Virus record (IMG/VR): IMGVR_UViG_3300029935_000002
Span: 4,397 to 68,396 of that record
Reading direction: 5' to 3' (one strand)
Source: a virus
Length of the DNA stretch: 64,000 bases
Of this stretch, positions 36,147-45,098 are shown piece by piece (positions within the stretch are counted from its first letter, which is position 1; each line of letters starts with the position of its first letter). A program made the translations under genes and the position numbers. Below the pieces are notes generated by a model that was given only the letters and a program-made list of their open reading frames with translations, searched no databases and had not been told where the DNA came from.

Positions 36147-38333
36147 TTAATAACCTTGTTCAATAAGCAGTAAATCACGCTTAGAGAAAAACCCAAGAGA
36201 TTCCAAAGTATTTCGATAAGATTTGGTTAGACTTAAAACAATCTTACGCGTATCAAGAACCAGTTTGAGTTCTTCAGGTAAGCCGTGTGAAGCACAGAAC
36301 TCAGTAGGGATCGGTAAAGCCGTCAACAAAGACTTATTATTGTCAGTCATCCACTTTAAGAAACTTTGTGCAAACTGTTTATTAGGAACCCGTTCTAGCC
36401 AGTCTTTAACGGCTGTCTTATTCTGAAGATCAAGCGGGATACGGACAGCATTATAGGGTGTTCTGGGTTCATATTGATACGTGGGATAAAAACACTGCAT
36501 CCACATCGTAAAGTACTGATAAGGAGACTGAGTTTCCCCTTGTTTATAAGCGTTCTTTTCTTTGATCTTGGTTCGTTTTAGGTAAGTCATCTCACCTTGA
36601 TTGATCGACCTTAAGATTTCACGCTCAATGTCCGCGGCTTTCTTAAGCTTGTCAAGTAGAGAAACCTTTTCACCACGCATAATCGTTCGAATGATGTCTT
36701 CCATCTCCGCTGCAGCAGACTTGATAATATTCGTCGGAACGGAAGAATCTTTCATGTGAACGCCTTTGACTTCCATCTTGATGTCTTTATAGACGTTCCC
36801 TTCTTTGACCATCATGGCGGTATAGTAATGCTTAGAAACCGAAGTCTGAGCAAAAACAGGAAAGACATACTCTGGCTTCATAGCTAGTGTATGAAGGCGT
36901 TTCTTTTCAACATTCATATTGGCTGAAAAGATAGCAAGGATGTGGGCAATTGACTGTGTTGCAATGAACATAATTGCACCAGCTACAGCAAATGCTTCAT
37001 CGTCAAACTTTAAATCCCCAAAATACCAGTCGACCCAGTTATCTACAGCAAACATCGTAGAGTCTGTGTCTGACAATACCACAGAACGACGAATCATACT
37101 TGGAATCGTAGCAATCGTGGCTGGAGAGTTCTTAGTCAGAAAGAAAGCTTTTAGAAAGATTTTATAATAATCAATAGCGGATTCAATATTCTTACAGGTA
37201 TTGGCTAAAATACACTGATCTTCAAAAGAGATTTTACTGTAATCTTTACCGATCCCTTTTACAACGGAGATACAGACCTGATGCGCGTAGTTTACAATCT
37301 GCTCATCGGTCTTATAAATGCTTTCAATGGGAGATTCAATCGGATCAGAACGCCCTCGTGTCGAAAAGCGTGTAATGAAGCTGCGAATAAACGCGTCATT
37401 ATAGACACGAAGATGATAAAGGTCGCCAGTATACACCACCGATGCGCGTTCTGTCGGGGTGAGTTTTTCAACGAACTGTTTAATGTTTTCTGTGGCATAT
37501 CGGTCTCGCCAGTAAAGTTCTGTAGATCGCTTAATACAGTCCATCACGTCATTAACCGATGGATATACCAATCCAAACTGCTCAACGGCTTGATCAATCA
37601 GTTCGTGATTAGTCTCAGCTGCAATCGAGATGATGTTGTTTAACGTAATCTGTGGCGTGAAATAATGACGATTACCTTCAATCAATCGTTCATTTGACGC
37701 ATTACTCAATGAAGAGATTGAACGAGTTGTGGATGTGAGTGTAGAATGTGCACTCTTATTATTAATTACACTACCTTCAGCAACAAAACCACCAGAGACT
37801 GAGTTATTACTACGTTTAGCAGAGTCTTGGGCATTGTGGTAATATTTATAAAGTGCAATATTACCTTCACTTTCATACTTTTGAGAGGCTTTCTTATATC
37901 GCTTACGTTCAGCTACGTTGATATCAAGGAACTCAACGATGACTGAGGCTTTAACGGAAGGATGAAGGTAAGATGTAAAGGTTGGCGCCAGTACTTCATT
38001 ATTTTGAAGTACTTCTCGAATATATCCCGACAACGGAATGGTTTTCTTTTCGCGATCACCATTCTCACCCCGTTCATAATACACAACTGTCGGATTACTA
38101 ATTGGGATCTCTTTATTATTCAGTTTCTTTTTAAGATGCTCGACACAGGCTTCAAAAGGTTTTCCTGTCATCCTTGAAGCATAGAGTGCAGTTTGCTTTA
38201 ACCAATCACCAAGCGGATTGATTGAACGTTCGTATTCTTCTGGCGGTAAAAGGAAGTTATTTTCCATTTTGTATTCTTTCCCTTCAAGGGGTCTACTAGA
38301 AGATAGTCGTGGCTGAAACAAAAAAGAAAACAC
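36147..38333 (-). CDS. Split family-B DNA polymerase, fingers/palm/thumb subunit (phiKZ gp50-like, 728 aa)
   Basis: Motif B AKRSNNSVSGGF, motif C LSDTDSTMF, KHYYT, MEVKGVHM. Confidence 0.88.
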   Translation of the reverse strand: MFSFLFQPRLSSSRPLEGKEYKMENNFLLPPEEYERSINPLGDWLKQTALYASRMTGKPFEACVEHLKKKLNNKEIPISNPTVVYYERGENGDREKKTIPLSGYIREVLQNNEVLAPTFTSYLHPSVKASVIVEFLDINVAERKRYKKASQKYESEGNIALYKYYHNAQDSAKRSNNSVSGGFVAEGSVINNKSAHSTLTSTTRSISSLSNASNERLIEGNRHYFTPQITLNNIISIAAETNHELIDQAVEQFGLVYPSVNDVMDCIKRSTELYWRDRYATENIKQFVEKLTPTERASVVYTGDLYHLRVYNDAFIRSFITRFSTRGRSDPIESPIESIYKTDEQIVNYAHQVCISVVKGIGKDYSKISFEDQCILANTCKNIESAIDYYKIFLKAFFLTKNSPATIATIPSMIRRSVVLSDTDSTMFAVDNWVDWYFGDLKFDDEAFAVAGAIMFIATQSIAHILAIFSANMNVEKKRLHTLAMKPEYVFPVFAQTSVSKHYYTAMMVKEGNVYKDIKMEVKGVHMKDSSVPTNIIKSAAAEMEDIIRTIMRGEKVSLLDKLKKAADIEREILRSINQGEMTYLKRTKIKEKNAYKQGETQSPYQYFTMWMQCFYPTYQYEPRTPYNAVRIPLDLQNKTAVKDWLERVPNKQFAQSFLKWMTDNNKSLLTALPIPTEFCASHGLPEELKLVLDTRKIVLSLTKSYRNTLESLGFFSKRDLLLIEQGY

Positions 38334-38335
38334 AT

Positions 38336-38365
38336 CAGAGAAGAGAGCTCAAGCTCTCTTCTCTG
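38336..38365 (-). terminator. Terminator hairpin
   Basis: CAGAGAAGAGAGC-tcaa-GCTCTCTTCTCTG with A-run on plus strand left flank. Confidence 0.7.
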
Positions 38366-38374
38366 TGATAAAGT

Positions 38375-38767
38375 CTAGCGCGTGTTAATAACAAAGTCTT
38401 TAATATTGGCCGCACTCAACGCAGTCCTTACCTTTTGAATATCGCCCAGTGACGCACGCGGGATCGTTACAACGATTTCAATATGTTCAATGATCTCAAC
38501 ACTACTTTCAATGATCCAGTCTTCTGACAGAACAATAGTCGACTTGTTCATTCCTTCGAAGATGTAGTATGTTGAAGCATTTACATCGTTCGGTGTGCCA
38601 GATGGTAATGTCGGATAAATCTGTGCATGGAGTTGGTCAATCGGAGCAAACTTACGGGCAGTGTCTGCATCAACGATAGACTTGAGCTTTGCACGCTCAA
38701 TCGTTGCTCCTAGAAAAACAGGAGACTTTGTATTGAAGGTATACACTTTCCCAATATTTAAATTCAA
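38375..38767 (-). CDS. Conserved small protein (130 aa)
   Basis: ORF track; beta-rich, upstream of DNA pol as in phiKZ-like phages. Confidence 0.6.
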   Translation of the reverse strand: MNLNIGKVYTFNTKSPVFLGATIERAKLKSIVDADTARKFAPIDQLHAQIYPTLPSGTPNDVNASTYYIFEGMNKSTIVLSEDWIIESSVEIIEHIEIVVTIPRASLGDIQKVRTALSAANIKDFVINTR

Positions 38768-38781
38768 GACTTTCTCCTCAA

Positions 38782-39222
38782 TTAGACGGTGTCGGCACTG
38801 ATGTAGGCGCCGACAATAGCAACTGTTGGACTACACGACTCAAGTAAGTAAAAATAACGTTCATCCATTCCGGCCTTTTGTTTCATCGTGTGCCAGATAA
38901 AGATACCAAAAGCTTGAACTGCTTCTCGAAAGAACGTTACCTTTTCATATTCCACCGGTCCGTCTCGATAATAGATCGTGGCCCAGACCGGAAGCTCCAT
39001 CAGATTGTACAAGAATGCTTGAAAATCAGGATCCATTTTCTGGAAAATCTGAGACAGACACTCATGGTAGATCTGGTCATGGTGTTGAGGAGTAGAAGGC
39101 TGTCCAGTTACTTGGCAATAATAGATGACTTGATTTTTGAATTGATACCCTTGGTCATCTAAACCAATGATGAATTTTGGCATACTTTGTCCTTTGATGG
39201 ACGATACTCCAACACAAGACAA
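38782..39222 (-). CDS. Hypothetical protein (146 aa; true start probably MPKFII)
   Basis: AAGGA precedes MPKF. Confidence 0.6.
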   Translation of the reverse strand: MSCVGVSSIKGQSMPKFIIGLDDQGYQFKNQVIYYCQVTGQPSTPQHHDQIYHECLSQIFQKMDPDFQAFLYNLMELPVWATIYYRDGPVEYEKVTFFREAVQAFGIFIWHTMKQKAGMDERYFYLLESCSPTVAIVGAYISADTV

Positions 39223-39590
39223 TCTGGATACTCAAGATGAACTGCGTGAAGTCGACCTAGATTATAGTTTGTGTACTTATCAGCATTTTCACGAACCATC
39301 TTGACAAGGAGTTCAAACTCTTCACAGAGTTGCTCTATCCGAGTTTCCAGAAGGCTTAGCGCATGCATCTCCAAGATATCCATAAGTACGACTGTGTCGT
39401 AGACGGTAGAAGCTTCTCGTTCCTTAATAACCAGTGAGAGGTCTTGGGAGAGTTCTTCTAGACCTTGGTTATTTTCAATAAAGAGCTCAACAAGGGTAAG
39501 TCGTGTTAAGGTGAGGTGAAGACGTGTATAAAGGTAATTTAACGGCATCGCCGTATTTCCTTTCTTTAAGAGTGACCGAAGAGAACGCAT
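39159..39590 (-). CDS. Hypothetical protein (143 aa; true start probably MPLNYL)
   Basis: AAGGA precedes MPLN. Confidence 0.55.
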   Translation of the reverse strand: MRSLRSLLKKGNTAMPLNYLYTRLHLTLTRLTLVELFIENNQGLEELSQDLSLVIKEREASTVYDTVVLMDILEMHALSLLETRIEQLCEEFELLVKMVRENADKYTNYNLGRLHAVHLEYPDCLVLEYRPSKDKVCQNSSLV

Positions 39591-39602
39591 GGAATTCTGT
39601 TC

Positions 39603-40049
39603 TCATTGGTGTTTATGAGAAAGTAAGGCTGTCGTATGATCTATCCAACGATCAAACAAATATTCCTGATACTTCTCTTCTAGTCCGTACTGTTTAAGAT
39701 TTGTTTTGATGAGTTGATCTGCTTCTTGTGTGATAAGGTCGATCAAAAGCTCAAATGAAGTCATTGCATCTGCATCTTCTTCAAAGATGACGACACCATT
39801 TGGAAAACGATTCTCAACCATCAACCAAACTAAAGATTCTTGATCAAGCATATCATAGCGGTTTGAGAAGATACACGAGATGATCTCATGTACGGTAAAT
39901 GCTTGTAGAAATGTTTTAAGCTTTACAACGCCTCGATATAAATAATGATCTCTAACACCATGCGGTGAGTAGAAATACAAAATCTCTCTAAAGTCTACAA
40001 TGACTAACTGAGGACAAGGTATCGTAGGGATTTCTCGACCCATGACCAA
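39603..40049 (-). CDS. Hypothetical protein, paralog A (148 aa)
   Basis: Aligns with 40059..40556. Confidence 0.7.
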   Translation of the reverse strand: MVMGREIPTIPCPQLVIVDFREILYFYSPHGVRDHYLYRGVVKLKTFLQAFTVHEIISCIFSNRYDMLDQESLVWLMVENRFPNGVVIFEEDADAMTSFELLIDLITQEADQLIKTNLKQYGLEEKYQEYLFDRWIDHTTALLSHKHQ

Positions 40050-40058
40050 TTCCTCCTT

Positions 40059-40556
40059 TTAAACGAGATGAAGAACTGCAGTCGTCTGATTAACCCAATG
40101 ATCAAAAACATATTCATGGGGCTGATATTGGGAAGCAATTAAAACTTCCTTGATTCGGTTGTCGATATCTTGAACAACATGATGAAATAGAAGATCAAGG
40201 AGCCAGCATGCTTCACTATCGTCTTCAAGATCACCTGTACCTTCTGGAAAATGATGTTCTATCCAGCTCCAAGGCACTTCTTCCCATTCAGGTAGTTTAC
40301 GTGAGACAATTGTAACTGATTCAATAATCTGACGAATTGTATATTTTTCAAGGAAGCGTCGGATAATTTGATTTCTATCAATCTCAGCGAGTTGATTTGT
40401 CATTGTCGATGGACCATAGCGATACATGACGTCTCTAAAATCAACGACAATAACAGTAGCGATATTAGTAGCCTTGGGCTGAGAGTTCTTGTTCTTCGAG
40501 TTGATCGAAGATATATCGGTAGTAAGAGATGACACGATAGTCGTTTCCTTTCTCAA
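40059..40556 (-). CDS. Hypothetical protein, paralog B (165 aa)
   Basis: Aligns with 39603..40049. Confidence 0.7.
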   Translation of the reverse strand: MRKETTIVSSLTTDISSINSKNKNSQPKATNIATVIVVDFRDVMYRYGPSTMTNQLAEIDRNQIIRRFLEKYTIRQIIESVTIVSRKLPEWEEVPWSWIEHHFPEGTGDLEDDSEACWLLDLLFHHVVQDIDNRIKEVLIASQYQPHEYVFDHWVNQTTAVLHLV

Positions 40557-41256
40557 GGTAGAGGGTCGTGTTCTTAAGTTTTAAGTGGTAGACATGATAG
40601 ATGTCACGCCCTATAAATGTCATCACCTGATCAATCAAGGCGCCTAATCCAGGCTGATCAGCTTCATCAAACTCATTAATCAATTCAGAATGAACGTAGT
40701 TTTCTATATTCAAACTTGTGATTCGGACATTGGTTGTTGGATGCGTATCTCGATGCAGTCGCTTTAAAGTTTCCCAGATTGCGATGAATGCTAAGTAGAT
40801 TGCACTATAGTGATATTGACAATTGGGCTTAAAGTGATTCCTGAACTGATAAGGTCGCTGCGTAATCAATCGTCCATGTTGATCAACAATCGGTTCTTTC
40901 GCATTGATAAAATCAGTAAAGTTTAAAATGTTCGGGACTTGAGGTTGTGTCTGCCACTGAGAATACGTATAGTAAACTAAACCCTGATTAAAGACCAGAA
41001 TGGGTTCTAGACTGCCGTAGACATAGACACCTTCAGGTTCAGCTCGTAGACAACGTAGATAGCGATCTGGTAAGCGTGTCGTGTATTGAGCAAGATCAAG
41101 AATACACATATCACGCACTTCAGTGATCACTTCTGAAAAGCATGTATATCCGAGCGATTCTTTATTTGGTAAATGCATGAATACGGAATCCTTTAAAGGT
41201 TTAAAGATGTGGGAAGATAGTCTTACATAAGAAAAGCCGATATGGGGAAAAAACAC
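40465..41256 (-). CDS. Conserved hypothetical protein (up to 263 aa; true start probably MHLPNK)
   Basis: AAGGA precedes MHLP; YHLKLKNTTLYLEKGNDYRV C-terminal motif. Confidence 0.6.
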   Translation of the reverse strand: MFFPHIGFSYVRLSSHIFKPLKDSVFMHLPNKESLGYTCFSEVITEVRDMCILDLAQYTTRLPDRYLRCLRAEPEGVYVYGSLEPILVFNQGLVYYTYSQWQTQPQVPNILNFTDFINAKEPIVDQHGRLITQRPYQFRNHFKPNCQYHYSAIYLAFIAIWETLKRLHRDTHPTTNVRITSLNIENYVHSELINEFDEADQPGLGALIDQVMTFIGRDIYHVYHLKLKNTTLYLEKGNDYRVISYYRYIFDQLEEQELSAQGY

Positions 41257-41322
41257 CCATACCCTACCCTACCCCTTACCCTTTAATTAAAAATGGCTCT
41301 AAAGCGTTCTAAGAGGCTCACA

Positions 41323-41352
41323 AGAGAGGAGAGGCTTTAGCCTCTCCTCTCT
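41323..41352. terminator. Terminator-like hairpin
   Basis: AGAGAGGAGAGGC-ttta-GCCTCTCCTCTCT. Confidence 0.7.
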
Positions 41353-41365
41353 ATGTTTGAATACT

Positions 41366-41761
41366 TTAGAATCCAAGAAGTTTTTTTACATCTTCTTCAC
41401 GATGATGGTGTTTAGGTGCCTTTGGGTCATTCGTGAATTTATAATATCGCGCACTATAAAGCTGTGCGGAAGTCTTAGTGACTTTCCTTAACTCTTTTGA
41501 AGGGACGTGTGCGACACCTAGAATATTTTCACCCGTTGACGGCTTGACAAGGTATCGAAAGCTTTTTTGAGGACCACGCTTTTTAGCAAGAATAATAACA
41601 TCCGTCTCAGGGATATAACCTGCTAAATTATTCTTAGTTCCAAACTGACACCGTGTGTACTTTGAAAGAATTTCAGGCTCTTCCTTAATATTCTCTTCAA
41701 TCACTGGTCGTTCAGTTGCATCGGGACTAAAGGTGTTATTATAAGCGTAGTTAATGGACAT
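41366..41761 (-). CDS. Basic hypothetical protein (131 aa)
   Basis: GAGG RBS; ORF track. Confidence 0.6.
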   Translation of the reverse strand: MSINYAYNNTFSPDATERPVIEENIKEEPEILSKYTRCQFGTKNNLAGYIPETDVIILAKKRGPQKSFRYLVKPSTGENILGVAHVPSKELRKVTKTSAQLYSARYYKFTNDPKAPKHHHREEDVKKLLGF

Positions 41762-41808
41762 GTGTCAACCTCGTCATGCTTTTTAGAAACGTTTTTAAGG
41801 ACTTATCG

Positions 41809-42174
41809 CTATTTAAAAGCGATATAGGTGAAGATTCCAAAAGTCAACAAAATAAAAGCATAAGCATAACGCTTAAACCGACGCTCTGGAACCATTAGAT
41901 CCCTATTCGTATCTCCAACTTTATTCAGAACATCAGACTTTATAGCGTCGAGTTCATTGTCAAAGAAAGCGTCGATGAATTCTGTCTGTGACCACATCGC
42001 AACAGTAAATACATCACCGTCAGTGTCTTTCAAAGTTAAAAAGAAGACTTTTCCATCCTTGACAACTTTTTCAACAAGATAGGAGTGGGCAGTTGAAAGA
42101 TGATAGTCTCCCATCCGACGTGTCGAAGGTTGCCAAAAAACATCACCTTTTTCAAGTGTATTTAAATTAAGCAT
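41809..42174 (-). CDS. Hypothetical protein with C-terminal membrane anchor (121 aa)
   Basis: Ends YAYAFILLTFGIFTYIAFK. Confidence 0.6.
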   Translation of the reverse strand: MLNLNTLEKGDVFWQPSTRRMGDYHLSTAHSYLVEKVVKDGKVFFLTLKDTDGDVFTVAMWSQTEFIDAFFDNELDAIKSDVLNKVGDTNRDLMVPERRFKRYAYAFILLTFGIFTYIAFK

Positions 42175-42190
42175 TGTTCTTTAAAAAGCT

Positions 42191-42418
42191 TTATTGATAG
42201 TTTTGTTTTTCAAGGTATTTAATACTACAGACTCGACTAAAGAAAGCGCCTTGGCTAAAGTCTTTGTCAATAGAAGGTTGAACAAGATGAAAGAACCCTT
42301 GATCATCTTTAATAAAGCCTTGACTACCTGACGAACGTCCAACAACATTCCCTTCTTTGATAGTTTTACCGTCAAAGAAGAAAACGCGTTCTCCAGGATG
42401 ATAGAGTTCTTTCAGCAT
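42191..42418 (-). CDS. Small SH3-like hypothetical protein (75 aa)
   Basis: AAGGA RBS; PGERVFFFDGKTIKEGNVVG pattern. Confidence 0.55.
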   Translation of the reverse strand: MLKELYHPGERVFFFDGKTIKEGNVVGRSSGSQGFIKDDQGFFHLVQPSIDKDFSQGAFFSRVCSIKYLEKQNYQ

Positions 42419-42492
42419 ATACTTAATCCTTATTTATTTAAAAAGCACTGGAGGCATTTTAAAGACCTCCAGCACCGTCCACCGGCTATTCT

Positions 42493-43494
42493 TTAAAGAA
42501 TCAGTCCATCGTCTTGAATAGCTGACCCTGAGATCTTCAAAGTATTAATGGGATTGATACGATATTGCTCTTCAACTTGACTTAGCTTAGTCTGGAGTCG
42601 TGTCACAATTCCAGAGAAATAACCTTGAACAGTATGAAGGTGAATCGGTGTCGGCATCTTAACGGCATCTGAAGCAGCCTCAGAGATTACACCAAAGCTA
42701 TGGTAACCTACGACCATCTCTGGATCAGGATCTTCCCCTTCCCGGATCAAAGAGATAACAGAGCTCACTGCTTGTCCTTTCTCAAGCTTCGCTTTGGTCT
42801 TTCCGGTATAGATACTCAAGCCTGAGAGCGCGGGCTGGTATTTACTGACACGCGAATAGTTTAGGAAGTTATCCAAGTCTTTGCTATCTAAGCCATGGTT
42901 CTCGCCTGACCAGATCGCTGTCAGAAGAAGCGTGTTGATCCTAACTAAGATATCGTTCTCAGCCATTGTCCCATCATGACCGTTTTCTAGGTACAGTGCA
43001 ACCACACCTTTCTCACGCTTAGCGCTGACTGCTTCATACGACAAGATGGTATTGATTGTATTACGGATCTCTTGTTCACATGTCGTAGAGCCAATCATCA
43101 TCACAACGACAGCTTTGTCTTGAGCTAAGAGCTCACTAACCAGACTACCAGCAATAACTGCGCCGCTGCCACCAGAGGCTGAATGCATCACGATGTTCAG
43201 GTTTTCGGGTTTAAAGCGATGGATGATCTCAGGGATAGCCGTTGAGACAGCTTTATAGTTCGTGGCTCTGACCTTCCCACTTCCGTCGATTTTCTCTTCC
43301 CTGAGTCCTTGAACTAAGTAGAAATCTTCACCATCAACATCTTTCGGGATGTTTGATCGTGAAGTATCCATGAAGACGATCTCGAGCTTTGCAAAGCCTG
43401 GATCTTTAATATTATTCTTGCTCGGGTAGTACAAGGACTTCATGATGTTAATCGAAGCCCCACCGCACGCATAGACCTTAACAGTATGTTCCAT
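42493..43494 (-). CDS. phuZ: PhuZ tubulin/FtsZ-family spindle protein (333 aa)
   Basis: ACGGASINI, MDTS, GSGKVR, HSASGGSGA tubulin signature, C-terminal DDGLIL tail. Confidence 0.95.
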   Translation of the reverse strand: MEHTVKVYACGGASINIMKSLYYPSKNNIKDPGFAKLEIVFMDTSRSNIPKDVDGEDFYLVQGLREEKIDGSGKVRATNYKAVSTAIPEIIHRFKPENLNIVMHSASGGSGAVIAGSLVSELLAQDKAVVVMMIGSTTCEQEIRNTINTILSYEAVSAKREKGVVALYLENGHDGTMAENDILVRINTLLLTAIWSGENHGLDSKDLDNFLNYSRVSKYQPALSGLSIYTGKTKAKLEKGQAVSSVISLIREGEDPDPEMVVGYHSFGVISEAASDAVKMPTPIHLHTVQGYFSGIVTRLQTKLSQVEEQYRINPINTLKISGSAIQDDGLIL

Positions 43495-43649
43495 TGACTT
43501 CTCCTTCTTTAAGGTTTAGATTGATAATGAAATTTAAAGCGGTTTGTCCAACGACTTAGATGACACGTGAAGACTTCGTAGGTTAAAGTGTTTTGATAAA
43601 CAACTTGAAAAGGATAGCCTTCTTTCATAGCAGTTGTGTTTGCGAAACA

Positions 43650-43916
43650 TCAAACGATATATTCATCTCCGCTTGTGACATTTCTCCAGACAGATAAAGG
43701 CAAGGGATGACCAGATCGATCATAGCCTTCTATTTCTCCTTTATCTTCTTCTCTAAAGACAAAAGGGTTTCTTGGAATATCGTTGATCTTTATTGCTATG
43801 TTTAGAGCTCTTTGGTAAGGATCCCAACTAAGATGTACATGGTCCATCGAGTGCTCAGAACATTCGTTTATTTGTCTAGGAAAATTATTTTTACAATGTG
43901 TATATTTTATAGACAT
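43650..43916 (-). CDS. Hypothetical protein (88 aa)
   Basis: ORF track only; weak RBS. Confidence 0.4.
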   Translation of the reverse strand: MSIKYTHCKNNFPRQINECSEHSMDHVHLSWDPYQRALNIAIKINDIPRNPFVFREEDKGEIEGYDRSGHPLPLSVWRNVTSGDEYIV

Positions 43917-44531
43917 TAATACTTACGAGGAACGCAGTGACGAGCCGAGTAGGGGGTTAACATGAGTGCTGCCTGTTCATGGAAACCTGATGGCTGTGGC
44001 TCCCCCCAGAGACACAGACAGCAGAGGTGTTGTAGATATATAGGCGCGAAGCGCCTATATATCTTACTTATATATTGTGGGGCATCGTTCACCCCTACTT
44101 TTGAATTTCATGAATATTCCCCACAATCTAGGAATAGTCTTAGAAGAAGTAGAAAAAGCAGGTAGAGAAGACGTAGAGAATATGCCATAAAGAGCTCCTA
44201 TAGGCTTTAGAGGCCTATAGGAGCTCTATGAGCGGTTTAGAAAGGTAGAGAAGGTATAGGTATAGGAATGATGAAAATAATCGACTATAGAGCATTCTGA
44301 GAGGTCATGTTTTGCTAAGAAAGAAACAGTAGAATAACATTTAAGGGAATCTAGCTAAGACCCTTATAGACGAGTAGTCTATAAGGAAGAACTCGGTGTA
44401 TCAGAAACATAAGTAGAAGGGCGAATGTCATTTGCATATATTAGAAGATAGAGAAGGAAAGAGGATCAAGGAAGGGCAATTAGGTGGATCGAGATTTCAA
44501 AGAAACCTCTCTTTGTAAGAACTAGGAGTGA
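43917..44531. other. Largest non-coding region; hairpin-rich, purine-skewed, at a divergent strand switch (origin candidate)
   Basis: Perfect stems at 44034-44064, 44191-44227, 44362-44386; long-range inverted repeats. Confidence 0.45.
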
Positions 44532-45092
44532 TTGATTATGAGCGTGTTTAAGATTCATCAAGCGAGTGCTGTAAATAAAGGCGTTGAGACAAAGGTTGAG
44601 GAAGTCAAGCAAAAGACTGAAGAAGACCATAGTGTCGAAAGTAGTCATGTCGTCGAGACACCTGTACCTTCAAATGGTGATCAGGATAAAGAACCTAGCT
44701 TAGAAGAAAAAGAAGATCCTAAACTGATGGTGAAGATTGATGGACCTGTTGGGCGTCTATTTACAGAAGCGTTGAATAAGATGCTGGCAACAGAAGGCTA
44801 TATCGCCATGGTAGAGCCTGATACGATCGTAGAGAAAAAAGAAGAGCAAGAAGAACCTTCTCTTCAAATCTATGCATTGAAAGGCGATGAGATCAATACG
44901 AGTGATGTGGTCGAGATCACAAATGAGATCTCTAAACATGAAGATAAAGACTATATCGTTGCGGTTGAGTCCATCTCCCAAGTTACACGCATCCATGGCT
45001 ATCTAGAAGAATTAGGTAAACTAAAGAATGTAAAGTTGTGCTGGAGCCAGAAGAGTGCGCTAAACGCTATTAAAGAACGTCTTGCAAAGTAA
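44532..45092 (+). CDS. Acidic putative head protein (186 aa)
   Basis: AGGAG RBS; acidic N-terminus, AVE-S site. Confidence 0.55.
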   Translation: MIMSVFKIHQASAVNKGVETKVEEVKQKTEEDHSVESSHVVETPVPSNGDQDKEPSLEEKEDPKLMVKIDGPVGRLFTEALNKMLATEGYIAMVEPDTIVEKKEEQEEPSLQIYALKGDEINTSDVVEITNEISKHEDKDYIVAVESISQVTRIHGYLEELGKLKNVKLCWSQKSALNAIKERLAK

Positions 45093-45098
45093 AGAACT

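Noticed and set aside
12149-38333. DNA polymerase split into two distant genes as a novelty
   Set aside because: Already described for phiKZ-like phages (gp50/gp82).
43962-44165. 67-aa ORF in the origin-like region
   Set aside because: Overlaps perfect hairpins, atypical composition, no convincing RBS.
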